A stretch of 64,000 nucleotides of DNA from the sequence record LR756511.1. One strand, 5' to 3'. Shown here one piece after another: positions 26,475-35,935 of this stretch. The notes beneath the pieces are model-generated. The model ran no database searches, was not told the DNA's origin, and saw nothing but the letters and a program-made list of their open reading frames with translations. Numbering within the stretch: position 1 is the first letter of the stretch; each line of letters begins with the position of its first letter. The translations under genes were made by a program, and so were the position numbers.

Positions 26475-26800
26475 CTGCTCATGAGACGGCGCCAGCCTTC
26501 TTCAAGCGATTCAATTAGGTCACAGACCTGTACTTTGAATAGCTTTGACGGGACAAGGCAACACTGGCAATTGGCATCAAAGGGTCTAATGCCCTGTTCA
26601 GTAAACATGATAGGAGTATCCCATGCCCAGCCATAATATGCCATTTGCCAAGGGTATAGGGACGGATGCTTTTTGTTATCATATGCCCAGCGGAGGCAAT
26701 TAGCGTTCTTTTGTTCTCCGCGTTCTTCGAACCAGTCTGCCGCGATAAGGACAGCGGAATAATCTTCAACGGTTGCCCGTAGAATATTATCGACGGCCAT
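26459..26800 (-). CDS. TIGR02996-like domain protein
   Basis: ILRATVEDYSAVLIAADWFEERGEQKNANCLR. Confidence 0.65.
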   Translation of the reverse strand: MAVDNILRATVEDYSAVLIAADWFEERGEQKNANCLRWAYDNKKHPSLYPWQMAYYGWAWDTPIMFTEQGIRPFDANCQCCLVPSKLFKVQVCDLIESLEEGWRRLMSSWKGE

Positions 26801-26801
26801 A

Positions 26802-27023
26802 TTATTCTCCGAAATACATATCGAATTGGGAGCATAGATCGGTGGATTCTTTATCGTCGGTCAGTTTAACTCTCACGCCGCTATTAAGTACAACTTCGTA
26901 TGTATCATCTTTACAGACGACGCAAGCGATTTGGCTAACGACAACGAAATCGCCTTTTGCATCTTTAATAACGGGAATTTTCATGATAATCTCCGAGGGT
27001 TTGCAAACAATTTGCCGCCGCAT
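26802..27023 (-). CDS. Hypothetical protein
   Basis: Tiled ORF. Confidence 0.55.
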   Translation of the reverse strand: MRRQIVCKPSEIIMKIPVIKDAKGDFVVVSQIACVVCKDDTYEVVLNSGVRVKLTDDKESTDLCSQFDMYFGE

Positions 27024-27196
27024 TCAAGACACGTTGGAATCATTCGAATGATATTATTTCCGTGTCTACTAATGTTTTCCCACCAATTTTTATGGGCAAC
27101 ATAGATTTTGTTGCGGTAACAATTTTCGCAAACTGAAAGGAACGGTGTTTCTGGCGTTTGTTGGTCTGTGCAAATTAAAGGAATGCGCGTCGCCAT
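26981..27196 (-). CDS. Small Cys-containing protein
   Basis: CENC...CLECG. Confidence 0.55.
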   Translation of the reverse strand: MATRIPLICTDQQTPETPFLSVCENCYRNKIYVAHKNWWENISRHGNNIIRMIPTCLECGGKLFANPRRLS

Positions 27197-27439
27197 TTAA
27201 ACCTCTTTGTCCACGGGCACTGTGCAGAAGATTAGGTCATCTTTAAACCGCATGAATTCCCCAGGCTTGGCGTTATTAAGCCATTCGATTTGTTCAACTG
27301 AGCATTGATAACGCCGCATGGCAATATCAGCGCTCATATACATCCAATTAATAGGGAATGAGGGTCTGCAACAAACAAAATCTAATTTTGCCATTGCGAC
27401 TCCTGATCGTATTTGGGCAAGGTTTCCTGCATATCCCAA
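27197..27439 (-). CDS. Hypothetical protein (start uncertain)
   Basis: Tiled ORF. Confidence 0.5.
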   Translation of the reverse strand: MGYAGNLAQIRSGVAMAKLDFVCCRPSFPINWMYMSADIAMRRYQCSVEQIEWLNNAKPGEFMRFKDDLIFCTVPVDKEV

Positions 27440-27777
27440 TGATTAGGGGTATATTCGGTTCGGCTTTCGATATAGGTAAGGACACGTTCAAGGATTACGT
27501 TGAGGGCGGTTTCATAATCCTCATTTTCGGCGCCATCGCTGAGCATGAGTTCCTTGCGAAGATCAATTGGCGCGAATTCCCGCAAGAAAGCTTCGGCGGG
27601 GCCAGCGGTTTCGATGCCATAGCCATCATACCAATAATCGCCATCGTTGTAGTAGCGATAAATGATTTTGTTCAAGGCGCGGAGCGTTTCACCTTCAATA
27701 GTAGCGGCCTTTCCCATAAAGGGAACGAGCTTCTTGAAAAGCTTATCGTTACGGTCATCGAGATTCTTGGGGACCAT
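27382..27777 (-). CDS. Conserved phage hypothetical protein
   Basis: GE-x-LRA-x-x-KI-x-YRYYNDGD pattern; motif 27817. Confidence 0.75.
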   Translation of the reverse strand: MVPKNLDDRNDKLFKKLVPFMGKAATIEGETLRALNKIIYRYYNDGDYWYDGYGIETAGPAEAFLREFAPIDLRKELMLSDGAENEDYETALNVILERVLTYIESRTEYTPNHWDMQETLPKYDQESQWQN

Positions 27778-27827
27778 TGGTTACTCCTTATTTTGGTTTT
27801 CTCAATAGTGCTGTTTGTACAGCTGTA

Positions 27828-27971
27828 TCATTCGTAGTCTTCTTCGTCTAAAACAGCGGCGGTTACTTCCTTCGGGTCCAGTCCAAGTTCACGGATTTGC
27901 CAGTCGGCAAGCATGGCCAGCCGTTTAATTTCGGCTACGCGAATATCATCCAAATAATCGTGAAGAGTCAT
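27828..27971 (-). CDS. Hypothetical protein
   Basis: AAGGAG before MTLHDY. Confidence 0.55.
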   Translation of the reverse strand: MTLHDYLDDIRVAEIKRLAMLADWQIRELGLDPKEVTAAVLDEEDYE

Positions 27972-27981
27972 GGTTTGCTCC

Positions 27982-28344
27982 TTATAGACTTTTGGTTTTT
28001 TCCCAATATTCATAGCATTCAGCGGTAAGATCGCCAATTCGGTCTTTGACAATCGGGTAGTAAGCTTTAATTAGGGCATAACGCCGATAGGAGATTTCTT
28101 GGCGTTGCTGTTCATAGTTTTTCTTTAAAAGCTTCATTTGGTCAGGAATCATGCGGCTAATTCGCAAACCTTGCCTTCCGCCACAAACTGAAGGAATTGA
28201 GTTATATTCCCATTCGGAGCAAGCTAGGTTTCTAGCAATGTTATAGTGTTCAAGAAGTTCTGCATCTTCTCTTCCGAGGGCATTGAGTTGTTCAAAGAAC
28301 AATTCAATCTGAACATTCTTGAGATGGGTTTTTGTAAGTTTCAT
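27982..28344 (-). CDS. Hypothetical protein
   Basis: ATG 10 nt after motif 28355. Confidence 0.65.
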   Translation of the reverse strand: MKLTKTHLKNVQIELFFEQLNALGREDAELLEHYNIARNLACSEWEYNSIPSVCGGRQGLRISRMIPDQMKLLKKNYEQQRQEISYRRYALIKAYYPIVKDRIGDLTAECYEYWEKTKSL

Positions 28345-28360
28345 AGTTTTGTTTGTACAG

Positions 28361-28825
28361 CTACATCTTCCGTCGAATGTTGTCAGGGATTTCGTAACGT
28401 AGTTCAGCACGCCATACGGCGCCATAACCTTCTTGCCATTCCTCATAGGTTCCATCTGACTTAACGATAAAATCATCGCCAAAATGATGATGGAAGATAA
28501 TGAGACAAGCGGTGACAGCGGCATCGTAGGGTCGTCGTGCCGTCTTACAGAAAGCAAAATACTTGCCTTCCTTTTCTACCGAATACGGCAGCGTAAATTC
28601 CTGTTCGATAAGGAAGGTTTCATAGCCTTCATCCCCCTTACCGTTTAGATAAACGAAATCTCCAGAACGAACAAGTTCCGAAGGATTAGGAGAGGGAAAT
28701 TCAGATTCAAGAAGAAGACCTTCGTGAGCCAAAAGATCGCAAACCTTCTTGCAATCTTCGGCTGCGGCCTTAAACTTGTTCTTATCCAGAGTCTTAGGAC
28801 GATACCAGTAATGCGTGTAGCCCAT
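28361..28825 (-). CDS. Conserved phage protein (MGYTHYW family)
   Basis: MGYTHYW...FCKTAR-x-PYD...SDG. Confidence 0.8.
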   Translation of the reverse strand: MGYTHYWYRPKTLDKNKFKAAAEDCKKVCDLLAHEGLLLESEFPSPNPSELVRSGDFVYLNGKGDEGYETFLIEQEFTLPYSVEKEGKYFAFCKTARRPYDAAVTACLIIFHHHFGDDFIVKSDGTYEEWQEGYGAVWRAELRYEIPDNIRRKM

Positions 28826-28827
28826 TG

Positions 28828-29520
28828 TTACTTCTCCTTTGCGAGTTGTTCGTACAGCTTGACAAAGTGCGGGCAATAATCCCCTTGCGTGCAACCAGGG
28901 ACAGGAGTAAGGGTATTAGAGCCTTTAACATCGCAATTAGGCAATGCCGCCATACGTTTATACCAATCTGGAACGTGTTTAATTAAATCAAGCGTAGCCA
29001 GAACATGATAGCCGCCCTTAGTCTCTAAAGACTTATAAGTGCCAGCAGGAAGAATATTAAATACTTCTTTGAGAATGTTTACGTCTTTGGAGTCATAATC
29101 AAAATCAATAAAGATTTTGCGGCTTAGAGCATTATGAACAGCCGTAGTAGCGAGGGAAATAGGGCTTACGTTAAACTTTCCATCGGCGCACAGCGTTGCC
29201 AATTCGACCAATAGGTTTTTATTGGCTTTAATGATGGAGCGTGGGTTAATGGTAATGTATAGGGCTAGTGCTTCTTGGGGGACGGCAATCCCGTCGCGGA
29301 CAAAGGAACCGATGGGAGCTTCCAGTCTACGGATTTTCTCGTATAAATCTTCCTTATTGGAAGTGAAGCGAACCAGTTGGTTATCGGCCTTATAGTCTTT
29401 GGAGTATTTGCTACGGGCGAAGAGGGAGAGATAGAAGACTTCATTAGCTTCCAGGTTAGGGAGGAAGTTATTGATGAAGTTTTCTAGTTCGCCAGGGTCT
29501 TTAATGATTTCGTAGTTCAT
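28828..29520 (-). CDS. Primase-polymerase (AEP)-like fold protein
   Basis: IDFDYD (DxD) followed by ETKGGYH. Confidence 0.5.
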   Translation of the reverse strand: MNYEIIKDPGELENFINNFLPNLEANEVFYLSLFARSKYSKDYKADNQLVRFTSNKEDLYEKIRRLEAPIGSFVRDGIAVPQEALALYITINPRSIIKANKNLLVELATLCADGKFNVSPISLATTAVHNALSRKIFIDFDYDSKDVNILKEVFNILPAGTYKSLETKGGYHVLATLDLIKHVPDWYKRMAALPNCDVKGSNTLTPVPGCTQGDYCPHFVKLYEQLAKEK

Positions 29521-29696
29521 ACGGTTACGTGTGCCTTACATTGTGGACAAACGATCCAGCTAACAATTTCCGTTTCGCACATGCAGGAGTATGATTTAAA
29601 CTGAACATCTTTGGGAAGGTATTCCAGTTTAGTCGCACAGTTCTTGCATGTGACCTTTTTGTACAGCTTCTTATCTTTGCCGACTTTGCGCACCAT
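29517..29696 (-). CDS. Zinc-ribbon microprotein
   Basis: Hand-translated: TCKNC...CPQC. Confidence 0.65.
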   Translation of the reverse strand: MVRKVGKDKKLYKKVTCKNCATKLEYLPKDVQFKSYSCMCETEIVSWIVCPQCKAHVTV

Positions 29697-29782
29697 GATT
29701 ATCTCCTAGTAGGGACTATAGGCGCCGCGATAGATTGGTCCAAGAATCTTTTCGGCCTTTTCCACTTGAAGATCGTAGGGCA

Positions 29783-29965
29783 TTAATCGAAGAATAGATC
29801 ATCGCCGTGCAGGATAATTTTAACGCCGCGTGGGTCGATGTTAAAGAAGCTGAATAAACGGTGGATCGCATCAAAGGGGCCAGAGGCACGAATGATGAGA
29901 TTTTCCCCGTTTGCTTCAATAACATAACTTTTCCAGGCGACGACTTGAGGCTTAGGCATCAGCAT
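29783..29965 (-). CDS. Hypothetical protein
   Basis: AGGA RBS. Confidence 0.5.
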   Translation of the reverse strand: MLMPKPQVVAWKSYVIEANGENLIIRASGPFDAIHRLFSFFNIDPRGVKIILHGDDLFFD

Positions 29966-30178
29966 GATTCGGTTTCCTAAAGCACAGTGACAGATTGGAG
30001 CAATAGTCTCTTATGGCGTAGTCCACTTGTACAGCTTGACGATCAGGCGAGTGATTGCCGCCGCATTCTTCTGGCGTATGGTGGTCTACAAGGCAATTGC
30101 ATTCCTCACACTGAGGACATATTAGCTCGATAGCTCAGCCATCCCATTTGAATCCACATTTCCAGCATTGGTAGTGTT

Positions 30179-30457
30179 TCATGTTGGATAGCGTTCGTTA
30201 ATCTTGTCGATTAAGTATTGTTTGTGTTCTGGATCGATTTTGATATAGATGCTTTGCACGCCTCTTCCGCCATAGCCTTTTATTTTTAAACCGCCAGGGA
30301 CTTCCATTTGAATCTTGATTACGCCAGGAGTAAATGAGTGTCGTGCCGATTCAGCCAGTCCAAGGACGACTCTGCTAACGCAATCGAATGATTCCAGCCA
30401 GCGTATTGTTTGTTTTAGTTCACGGTCTACGCTGGTATGTTGTCCCTTCTTGCTCAT
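30179..30457 (-). CDS. DUF2103-like protein
   Basis: HTS...GGLKIKGYGGRGVQ-x-IY. Confidence 0.5.
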   Translation of the reverse strand: MSKKGQHTSVDRELKQTIRWLESFDCVSRVVLGLAESARHSFTPGVIKIQMEVPGGLKIKGYGGRGVQSIYIKIDPEHKQYLIDKINERYPT

Positions 30458-30464
30458 AATTTCA

Positions 30465-30480
30465 TATTTAGTCCTAAATA
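30465..30480. promoter_or_regulatory. Palindromic pair of late-type CTAAATA boxes
   Basis: TATTTAG-TC-CTAAATA between divergent starts 30457 and 30486. Confidence 0.5.
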
Positions 30481-30485
30481 GATTT

Positions 30486-30881
30486 ATGTTGACATTCACC
30501 GAATGGTTAGAAACCAATCATCCTAAAGAAGCGTGGTATCATCAGGCATTACATGGTGTTGCGAATGTTGCCGATTATTTAAACCAAAAGCTAGGCATAA
30601 TTAATACAATTTTTATTGCAGCTTTGGGTGGTGTCGGCGGTGCTTATTATGGTGCCAATGTAGATTCAAGTTTATTGCATCTTTTACATTCGGCAGCTTC
30701 TAAAGCTATTCAGGGCGTTATTGTTGGTGGCGGATTTGGGATTGCCACCCATAGCTTTATTGATTATGTTATTGATAAGATTAAACAGCTTGCAAAGGAA
30801 GAAGGCAATAAACTAACGCCAGAAAAAGTTCGTTCAACGGTGATGAATGCCGCAAGAGAGTTTAAACCTTCTTACGAGTAG
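30486..30881 (+). CDS. Membrane protein with CTS-like N-terminus (MLTFTEWLE)
   Basis: Antisense to neighbours; two hydrophobic segments; CTAAATA upstream. Confidence 0.7.
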   Translation: MLTFTEWLETNHPKEAWYHQALHGVANVADYLNQKLGIINTIFIAALGGVGGAYYGANVDSSLLHLLHSAASKAIQGVIVGGGFGIATHSFIDYVIDKIKQLAKEEGNKLTPEKVRSTVMNAAREFKPSYE

Positions 30882-31183
30882 TAGTCGGACTCTTCGATTT
30901 CTTTAATTCTCGCTAGCCATTCGGCGCGGGTATCATCGTCCATCATTACAATAATTTCAATCGCTTTGAATTTAAAATCTATATCTTCCTGATCGACGTA
31001 AATGGTGTCGGTGTCTGTAATGATGGTGATTCTGCCGCCGTCGCCTTCGGTGCGGTAGAAATGGACCTTGCCCTGTTTCCCTTTGTGCTTACCACGAACG
31101 ACTTTAACCTCTTGGTGGAGTTTTAAAGCTGGTTCTGGTTCTTCTTGTATTAGTCCTTCCCACGGATCGTTTTTCTTTCGCAT
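30872..31183 (-). CDS. KOW/SH3-like protein
   Basis: VKVVRGKHKGKQGKV. Confidence 0.65.
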   Translation of the reverse strand: MRKKNDPWEGLIQEEPEPALKLHQEVKVVRGKHKGKQGKVHFYRTEGDGGRITIITDTDTIYVDQEDIDFKFKAIEIIVMMDDDTRAEWLARIKEIEESDYYS

Positions 31184-31555
31184 TTAAACCTCATGAATTT
31201 GGACAGACCATTCCGCGTGCTTACTAGGAATATAGGTGCCATATTCCTCTAATTCCTTGCGAATCTTTTCCTTAGATTCGCTGGCGCCTTGATCCTTGGC
31301 GAGTGTAACGGCAATTACACTGAGAATGGCGTGGCTTGCATCGCCTAAGTGGTATGGTGGGCGATACTTACCCAAGCTTTGTAGACCTTGCGTGATTAAA
31401 TTAAAATCACCGCCGCCCATAATAACGGTTTCTGATTCAAGGTTCTGGATTTGCTCATCTGTAATTAGAATAAACGAAACCAGATACTTGTAGGCTGGCT
31501 TGCCTTCGACTTCGACTTCCTTATGATCGAAGATAAACCCTTTTAATGCTTCCAT
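31184..31555 (-). CDS. Hypothetical protein
   Basis: Tiled ORF. Confidence 0.7.
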   Translation of the reverse strand: MEALKGFIFDHKEVEVEGKPAYKYLVSFILITDEQIQNLESETVIMGGGDFNLITQGLQSLGKYRPPYHLGDASHAILSVIAVTLAKDQGASESKEKIRKELEEYGTYIPSKHAEWSVQIHEV

Positions 31556-31835
31556 TTAAACCTCATCCTTTTCCTTGGAGACGTAGACGAATTCTCCATT
31601 CTCTAAGATTCGGTGGAGATATTCCTTACAATCGTCGCATTGAAAGTACTTAGCACCAGTTTCATCGTTGCCAATAATCGTAACGTGCTTGTGTTCGCAC
31701 ATAATTACCTCATAATGAAGTAGGTGATTGTTGCGCCAATTACGCCGCCAACGACCAAAACAATGCCGATTAGCACAATTAGGAAACAGCCTTCTCGTTC
31801 GGCAACGGCGCCAGCAAATTGACCGTCAATCATAA

Positions 31836-32147
31836 TTAAACCCTATGTGCGGTGAAAATGGTTGTAACTGTTTTGAGCATTTCTGCTTCAGCCTTATAGA
31901 AGATTTCCTTCTTCGATGGCTTTAATTCCAGTTCCACATAGCTTACGTCCTTGAAGGAAGCAGCAATCGGCTCATCAACGATATGGTTCCATTGATCGCC
32001 GTCGAATAGTTCGACATTCTGATAGGATTGATCGTCATAAGAATTACGACGAATTGTAACCCTAAGACAGCGATTTGCCAGGGACCAATGCGCCCGATAG
32101 TTCCAACTTTGGTCGCCATTCCAGAAAGTTTCAGTTAATTTCTTCAT
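31836..32147 (-). CDS. Hypothetical protein
   Basis: ATG 10 nt after motif 32158. Confidence 0.7.
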   Translation of the reverse strand: MKKLTETFWNGDQSWNYRAHWSLANRCLRVTIRRNSYDDQSYQNVELFDGDQWNHIVDEPIAASFKDVSYVELELKPSKKEIFYKAEAEMLKTVTTIFTAHRV

Positions 32148-32168
32148 AATGTTGATTGTACAGCTGTG

Positions 32169-32360
32169 TTACTCGTCCTCTTCATCTTCCCCAAAATCGC
32201 CTTCGTCTTGGAGATGATTAGACCATTCTTCGGCTTCTTCTTTGATTTCCTTGAGGGTTGCTAGCTCACTGACAGTCAGCTTATCTTTAAATCGCTCCAC
32301 GATTTGCGTAAGATAGTTGATACTATCGCAAGCGGACCAAAGTGAATGCTGATAATCCAT
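32169..32360 (-). CDS. Hypothetical protein
   Basis: Tiled ORF. Confidence 0.55.
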   Translation of the reverse strand: MDYQHSLWSACDSINYLTQIVERFKDKLTVSELATLKEIKEEAEEWSNHLQDEGDFGEDEEDE

Positions 32361-32361
32361 G

Positions 32362-32610
32362 TTATGCCTTTGGAGTTCTGTTTTTGTCGTAATTGTAAAG
32401 ACTGGACCCCACATACGAATCAGGGAAATTCAGAACAATTTCGCCCGCATCGCTTAATTCAATCTCAGCGTTCGGGTATTCGGTTCGCACAATCGTATAC
32501 AAACGATGGAGATTACGACACACATTAAGGCGAGGAAAGGCATTAAAACCTTTTTCCTTATCCCATGCAAGCCAGAATCCATCGTCATTATAGTCTATGC
32601 AAATAATCAT
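32362..32610 (-). CDS. Hypothetical protein
   Basis: Tiled ORF. Confidence 0.55.
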   Translation of the reverse strand: MIICIDYNDDGFWLAWDKEKGFNAFPRLNVCRNLHRLYTIVRTEYPNAEIELSDAGEIVLNFPDSYVGSSLYNYDKNRTPKA

Positions 32611-32801
32611 GATTTTGCAGCTAGTGCGTTGTGTCCGTAGGGATCGTGTTCTTTTTGGATAAACTCAAGGATTTCATCGGCCAGCATGATTGCCATGTTG
32701 TGTTCGGGGTTGTTGGTGGCAACAGCGATGTTCTTGAGTTCGTTAATAACGTCAACAACCTGTTCCCAAGACTCGATTTTGAACGGATCAGGACTTCCCA
32801 T
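32607..32801 (-). CDS. Hypothetical protein
   Basis: GGAGG RBS; motif 32829. Confidence 0.6.
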   Translation of the reverse strand: MGSPDPFKIESWEQVVDVINELKNIAVATNNPEHNMAIMLADEILEFIQKEHDPYGHNALAAKS

Positions 32802-32805
32802 TGTT

Positions 32806-32991
32806 TCAATCCTCCTTTACCGTTTCTTGTACAGCTTTGTAAACGATATCCTTGTCGGGCATACTGAGTTCAAACTGACGTGGCACGCCGTATTTAACAA
32901 GATATTCCTGAAATAGCGTAGGACTTACCTTAGTTAAATCCAGCCATTCCCGTCCCCATTCAACAATCAGCCGTGCCTTGTCATCGTCCAT
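32806..32991 (-). CDS. Hypothetical protein
   Basis: Tiled ORF. Confidence 0.6.
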   Translation of the reverse strand: MDDDKARLIVEWGREWLDLTKVSPTLFQEYLVKYGVPRQFELSMPDKDIVYKAVQETVKED

Positions 32992-33351
32992 TTAACTCAC
33001 CTTTCGAAGCTTATGAATTGCTTCCTTCCAAACCTTCGTAAGTTCCTTATGTGCCTTAGCTTCGCCTATGTCGCCACGAAAACTTCGAAGTTCCCGTTCA
33101 CTAAAGCTAAAGCCATACTTAGCACCTTTGGTCATGGCATCAACACGATCAACGCCACCCCAGGATTCATTTGCCATGCCAAATTGGTGCATTGCATTGA
33201 AGAAGTTTCCGTACAATTGGCCCATGAGACAATGAAGCGGGTGATAAAGGTCAAGCTCAGTCAGTTTAACTTCCTTATGCCAGCCAGGGCGCTTTTGGTT
33301 AAGGAACTTAACGCCACGATTCACGCGATTGACAAGTTTGGAAGTTTCCAT
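32992..33351 (-). CDS. Conserved phage protein, paralog of 23404-23763
   Basis: Shared N-terminal pattern; motif 33363. Confidence 0.8.
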   Translation of the reverse strand: METSKLVNRVNRGVKFLNQKRPGWHKEVKLTELDLYHPLHCLMGQLYGNFFNAMHQFGMANESWGGVDRVDAMTKGAKYGFSFSERELRSFRGDIGEAKAHKELTKVWKEAIHKLRKVS

Positions 33352-33372
33352 GTGTGTCCTTTGTACAGCTGG

Positions 33373-33645
33373 TTAAACGAAATAGACCTTCTGCCCGTCT
33401 GAGAGTTCCTTTACGGACTCATCCTTGTAGAGATTGTCCATATACTTAATTGCAGGAATCCACTTCTCTTCTTCCTTTTTGGATTGCTCAATTAAGTGTT
33501 GGAAGAATGCATCATCGACCACTTCCCGATTAAATGATACTTCGACTGGCGTTACATACCACTTATGGTCGGGTTTCAGGTCAAAATGCTTCATAAATTC
33601 ATTGCGTTGACGATCCGCAACGAAAAGGGTCATGGTATGTTGCAA
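33373..33645 (-). CDS. Hypothetical protein
   Basis: GGAGG RBS. Confidence 0.65.
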   Translation of the reverse strand: MQHTMTLFVADRQRNEFMKHFDLKPDHKWYVTPVEVSFNREVVDDAFFQHLIEQSKKEEEKWIPAIKYMDNLYKDESVKELSDGQKVYFV

Positions 33646-33656
33646 ATGATCCTCCT

Positions 33657-33908
33657 TTAGTCAATCACCCAGCGGTCATATTCCGCATCGTGCTTAACTT
33701 TACTTTTAATGGTATCTTCAAGTTCGTGCGCGTTCTTCCAGAGCAATTCGGAAAGCATGAGCATGATTAATTGCTGATTAAGCAGAATTTGCTCTTTGGC
33801 TTCCTTGCGATCTGTATGATAAGCGCTTTCTACATTCAAATTCCTCCGCTTGCATTCAGCGGAAAGAATATTGAGCATTACGGTTTCACGCAATTCTAGA
33901 CTAGCCAT
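33657..33908 (-). CDS. Hypothetical protein
   Basis: Tiled ORF. Confidence 0.6.
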   Translation of the reverse strand: MASLELRETVMLNILSAECKRRNLNVESAYHTDRKEAKEQILLNQQLIMLMLSELLWKNAHELEDTIKSKVKHDAEYDRWVID

Positions 33909-34255
33909 TATTTTGTGTCCTTTGTTTGTACGGCTGGGAGAATAGTTGCTTCCCAGCGGACATAGTATTCGTTACCCTGTCTATCTTTAATTGCAATCGG
34001 TTCAATACCGTCTTTATTCTTTAGAATATTGATCCACTTGATTGCTTCTTCGATAGTCCAGACGAATACGCCAACTTCTGAGTCTTCGTAACAGATTTCA
34101 AAATTGCCAGAGGGAAATTCTCTCTGAATCACAGCCATTGCTTCGGCTTGCAGCTTTTCTAATTCTGTATTCTCTTCTGGCGTGCGATTATGATTGCGAA
34201 TGAGTTCCGCACGCCGATGATTCATTGTGTCCCATTCTTTTGAGTTCAGTTCCAT
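33908..34255 (-). CDS. Hypothetical protein
   Basis: Tiled ORF. Confidence 0.65.
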   Translation of the reverse strand: MELNSKEWDTMNHRRAELIRNHNRTPEENTELEKLQAEAMAVIQREFPSGNFEICYEDSEVGVFVWTIEEAIKWINILKNKDGIEPIAIKDRQGNEYYVRWEATILPAVQTKDTK

Positions 34256-34454
34256 CTATATCTCCCATCAGTTCAACCCATTGGTAGTTAATCCATGCTA
34301 CTAGTACAGCTGCGCCAACAGCCTGTGTCACAGTAAGGAGGAGTATGACATCCTTTGGCCCAAACTTAAATATAAGTCCGAGAATAGGGATATCACAAAG
34401 TAAAGCTAAAGATACTGCATCGGCAATAGCAAGCTTAGCTTTCCTTAATTTCAT
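34188..34454 (-). CDS. Small membrane protein
   Basis: Hydrophobic segments. Confidence 0.55.
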   Translation of the reverse strand: MKLRKAKLAIADAVSLALLCDIPILGLIFKFGPKDVILLLTVTQAVGAAVLVAWINYQWVELMGDIDGTELKRMGHNESSACGTHSQS

Positions 34455-34743
34455 TTTCTTTAATCCTGTTACGGGGATTCTTTTGCTTAATTCGCTTGGC
34501 CTTAGCCTTGCGACTCACATATTTCCTACTTCCCGCGTCTCCGCTAGGATCAAAGTTGAAGCTAGGCGGGCGCCGATACTTCAATTCGTCGGGATTAGCT
34601 GGCCGAATGGAATAATTAGTTCGTTGTCCCCTTTGACTCTGTTCCAAAGCTTTCTTGCGGGCTTTAACTTTGGGCAGAGCGTCGGTCATATAGACCGTTT
34701 CTTTGCCCGATTGAATCTTAACCAAAGTGTATAGCGTTGTCAT
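34435..34743 (-). CDS. Basic hypothetical protein
   Basis: Start MTTLYT. Confidence 0.6.
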   Translation of the reverse strand: MTTLYTLVKIQSGKETVYMTDALPKVKARKKALEQSQRGQRTNYSIRPANPDELKYRRPPSFNFDPSGDAGSRKYVSRKAKAKRIKQKNPRNRIKENEIKES

Positions 34744-34864
34744 GGTCGCCCTACAATCAGAAAGATCATTGTTCCAAATACTACAAACAGCCAGAACCAC
34801 AAGCTGCTCAATGGTCGAAAGTACAGCTTGATTGTCTCCATAGCGGCGTTCTTTATAACTTCAA

Positions 34865-35263
34865 TTACCCTTGCCATATTACATTGTTCCAGTCGATGTT
34901 AGGGTCATCACGGTCTACTTCTACCTCTTCTAGCTTGGTAGGCGGAAAGTAAAGATGCCCGTCTCCATCTTCGTCAAGGTAGACACTTCCGTTCTTCCCG
35001 CATTGAATCAGCGTTCCTTTTGGGTATAGCTTGCCCTTTGCAGGTTCGGAGTGATAGCCGCCCTGGTCATATTCCTTGGAAAGCTGAACATCTTCCGTCA
35101 GCCGCATTAGGCGATACTTATTGCGTTCCTGTAGATCGAGATTATCAGACCAATCAAGATGGTTTTTGGCTCGATAAACAGGCGAATTCTCCACATGCTC
35201 AACAAGCTCGCGTGTAAGCTTGGCAAGTTCAAAATATCGTGCTTTCCAGTCAGTAGGGGTCAT
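34865..35263 (-). CDS. Hypothetical protein
   Basis: Tiled ORF. Confidence 0.65.
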   Translation of the reverse strand: MTPTDWKARYFELAKLTRELVEHVENSPVYRAKNHLDWSDNLDLQERNKYRLMRLTEDVQLSKEYDQGGYHSEPAKGKLYPKGTLIQCGKNGSVYLDEDGDGHLYFPPTKLEEVEVDRDDPNIDWNNVIWQG

Positions 35264-35265
35264 AA

Positions 35266-35607
35266 TTATTCCGCTTCAAATGGTTTGTATTGTTCAGCGC
35301 GAAGTCTTAATTGTTCCGCAGCAACCCTAAATCCTCTTTCCTCAAGGAAGTCAGCCGCTACCAGCATTTCGTCAATTTGGCTTTTCGTTAATTCGGTCAT
35401 TTCGACCACTTCAACGACAGGAATCATTTCAAATTTAGTTGCTTCATTGTCACAGCCACTTTGGGAGTGCTTAGACCAAAACCTATGCGCATCTTGCCAG
35501 CATTTTCCCCAAGCACTCCCGCCCGTTTCGGTGTAGCAAAGATAATCAGCTACGCCCCATATCGTTCTTCTTAGAACATACTTTCTTACTACCATGTGAT
35601 TTGGCAT
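35266..35607 (-). CDS. Protein with C-terminal TIGR02996-like motif
   Basis: IDEMLVAADFLEERGFRVAAEQLR. Confidence 0.6.
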   Translation of the reverse strand: MPNHMVVRKYVLRRTIWGVADYLCYTETGGSAWGKCWQDAHRFWSKHSQSGCDNEATKFEMIPVVEVVEMTELTKSQIDEMLVAADFLEERGFRVAAEQLRLRAEQYKPFEAE

Positions 35608-35935
35608 AGCGTTTCCTCCTATCGCTTAGCATTTCATAGGCTTGATTCATTGCCTGTTCTGCATACTCAATACTTCGCTCCAGCATTTCTTCTGAATCGA
35701 AATGAGTAATACGGCATCGAAGTGTATTACAATCAAATCCATTAGTTACATCATGAAAATGAGCCAACAAAGGATTATTAGACTCATTACATACTCGCAG
35801 ATAGCGTTCCCACGCATTCCAAACTAGATCATGGAGCGATTCGCCATCCGCCGTAATTGCCGCAACTGGATCGCCCCACTTCTCAGGCAATTCAAGTTGA
35901 ATATAGACGCCAATTAGTTTATCGAAATGTTTCAT
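35546..35935 (-). CDS. Hypothetical protein
   Basis: Tiled ORF. Confidence 0.6.
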   Translation of the reverse strand: MKHFDKLIGVYIQLELPEKWGDPVAAITADGESLHDLVWNAWERYLRVCNESNNPLLAHFHDVTNGFDCNTLRCRITHFDSEEMLERSIEYAEQAMNQAYEMLSDRRKRYAKSHGSKKVCSKKNDMGRS

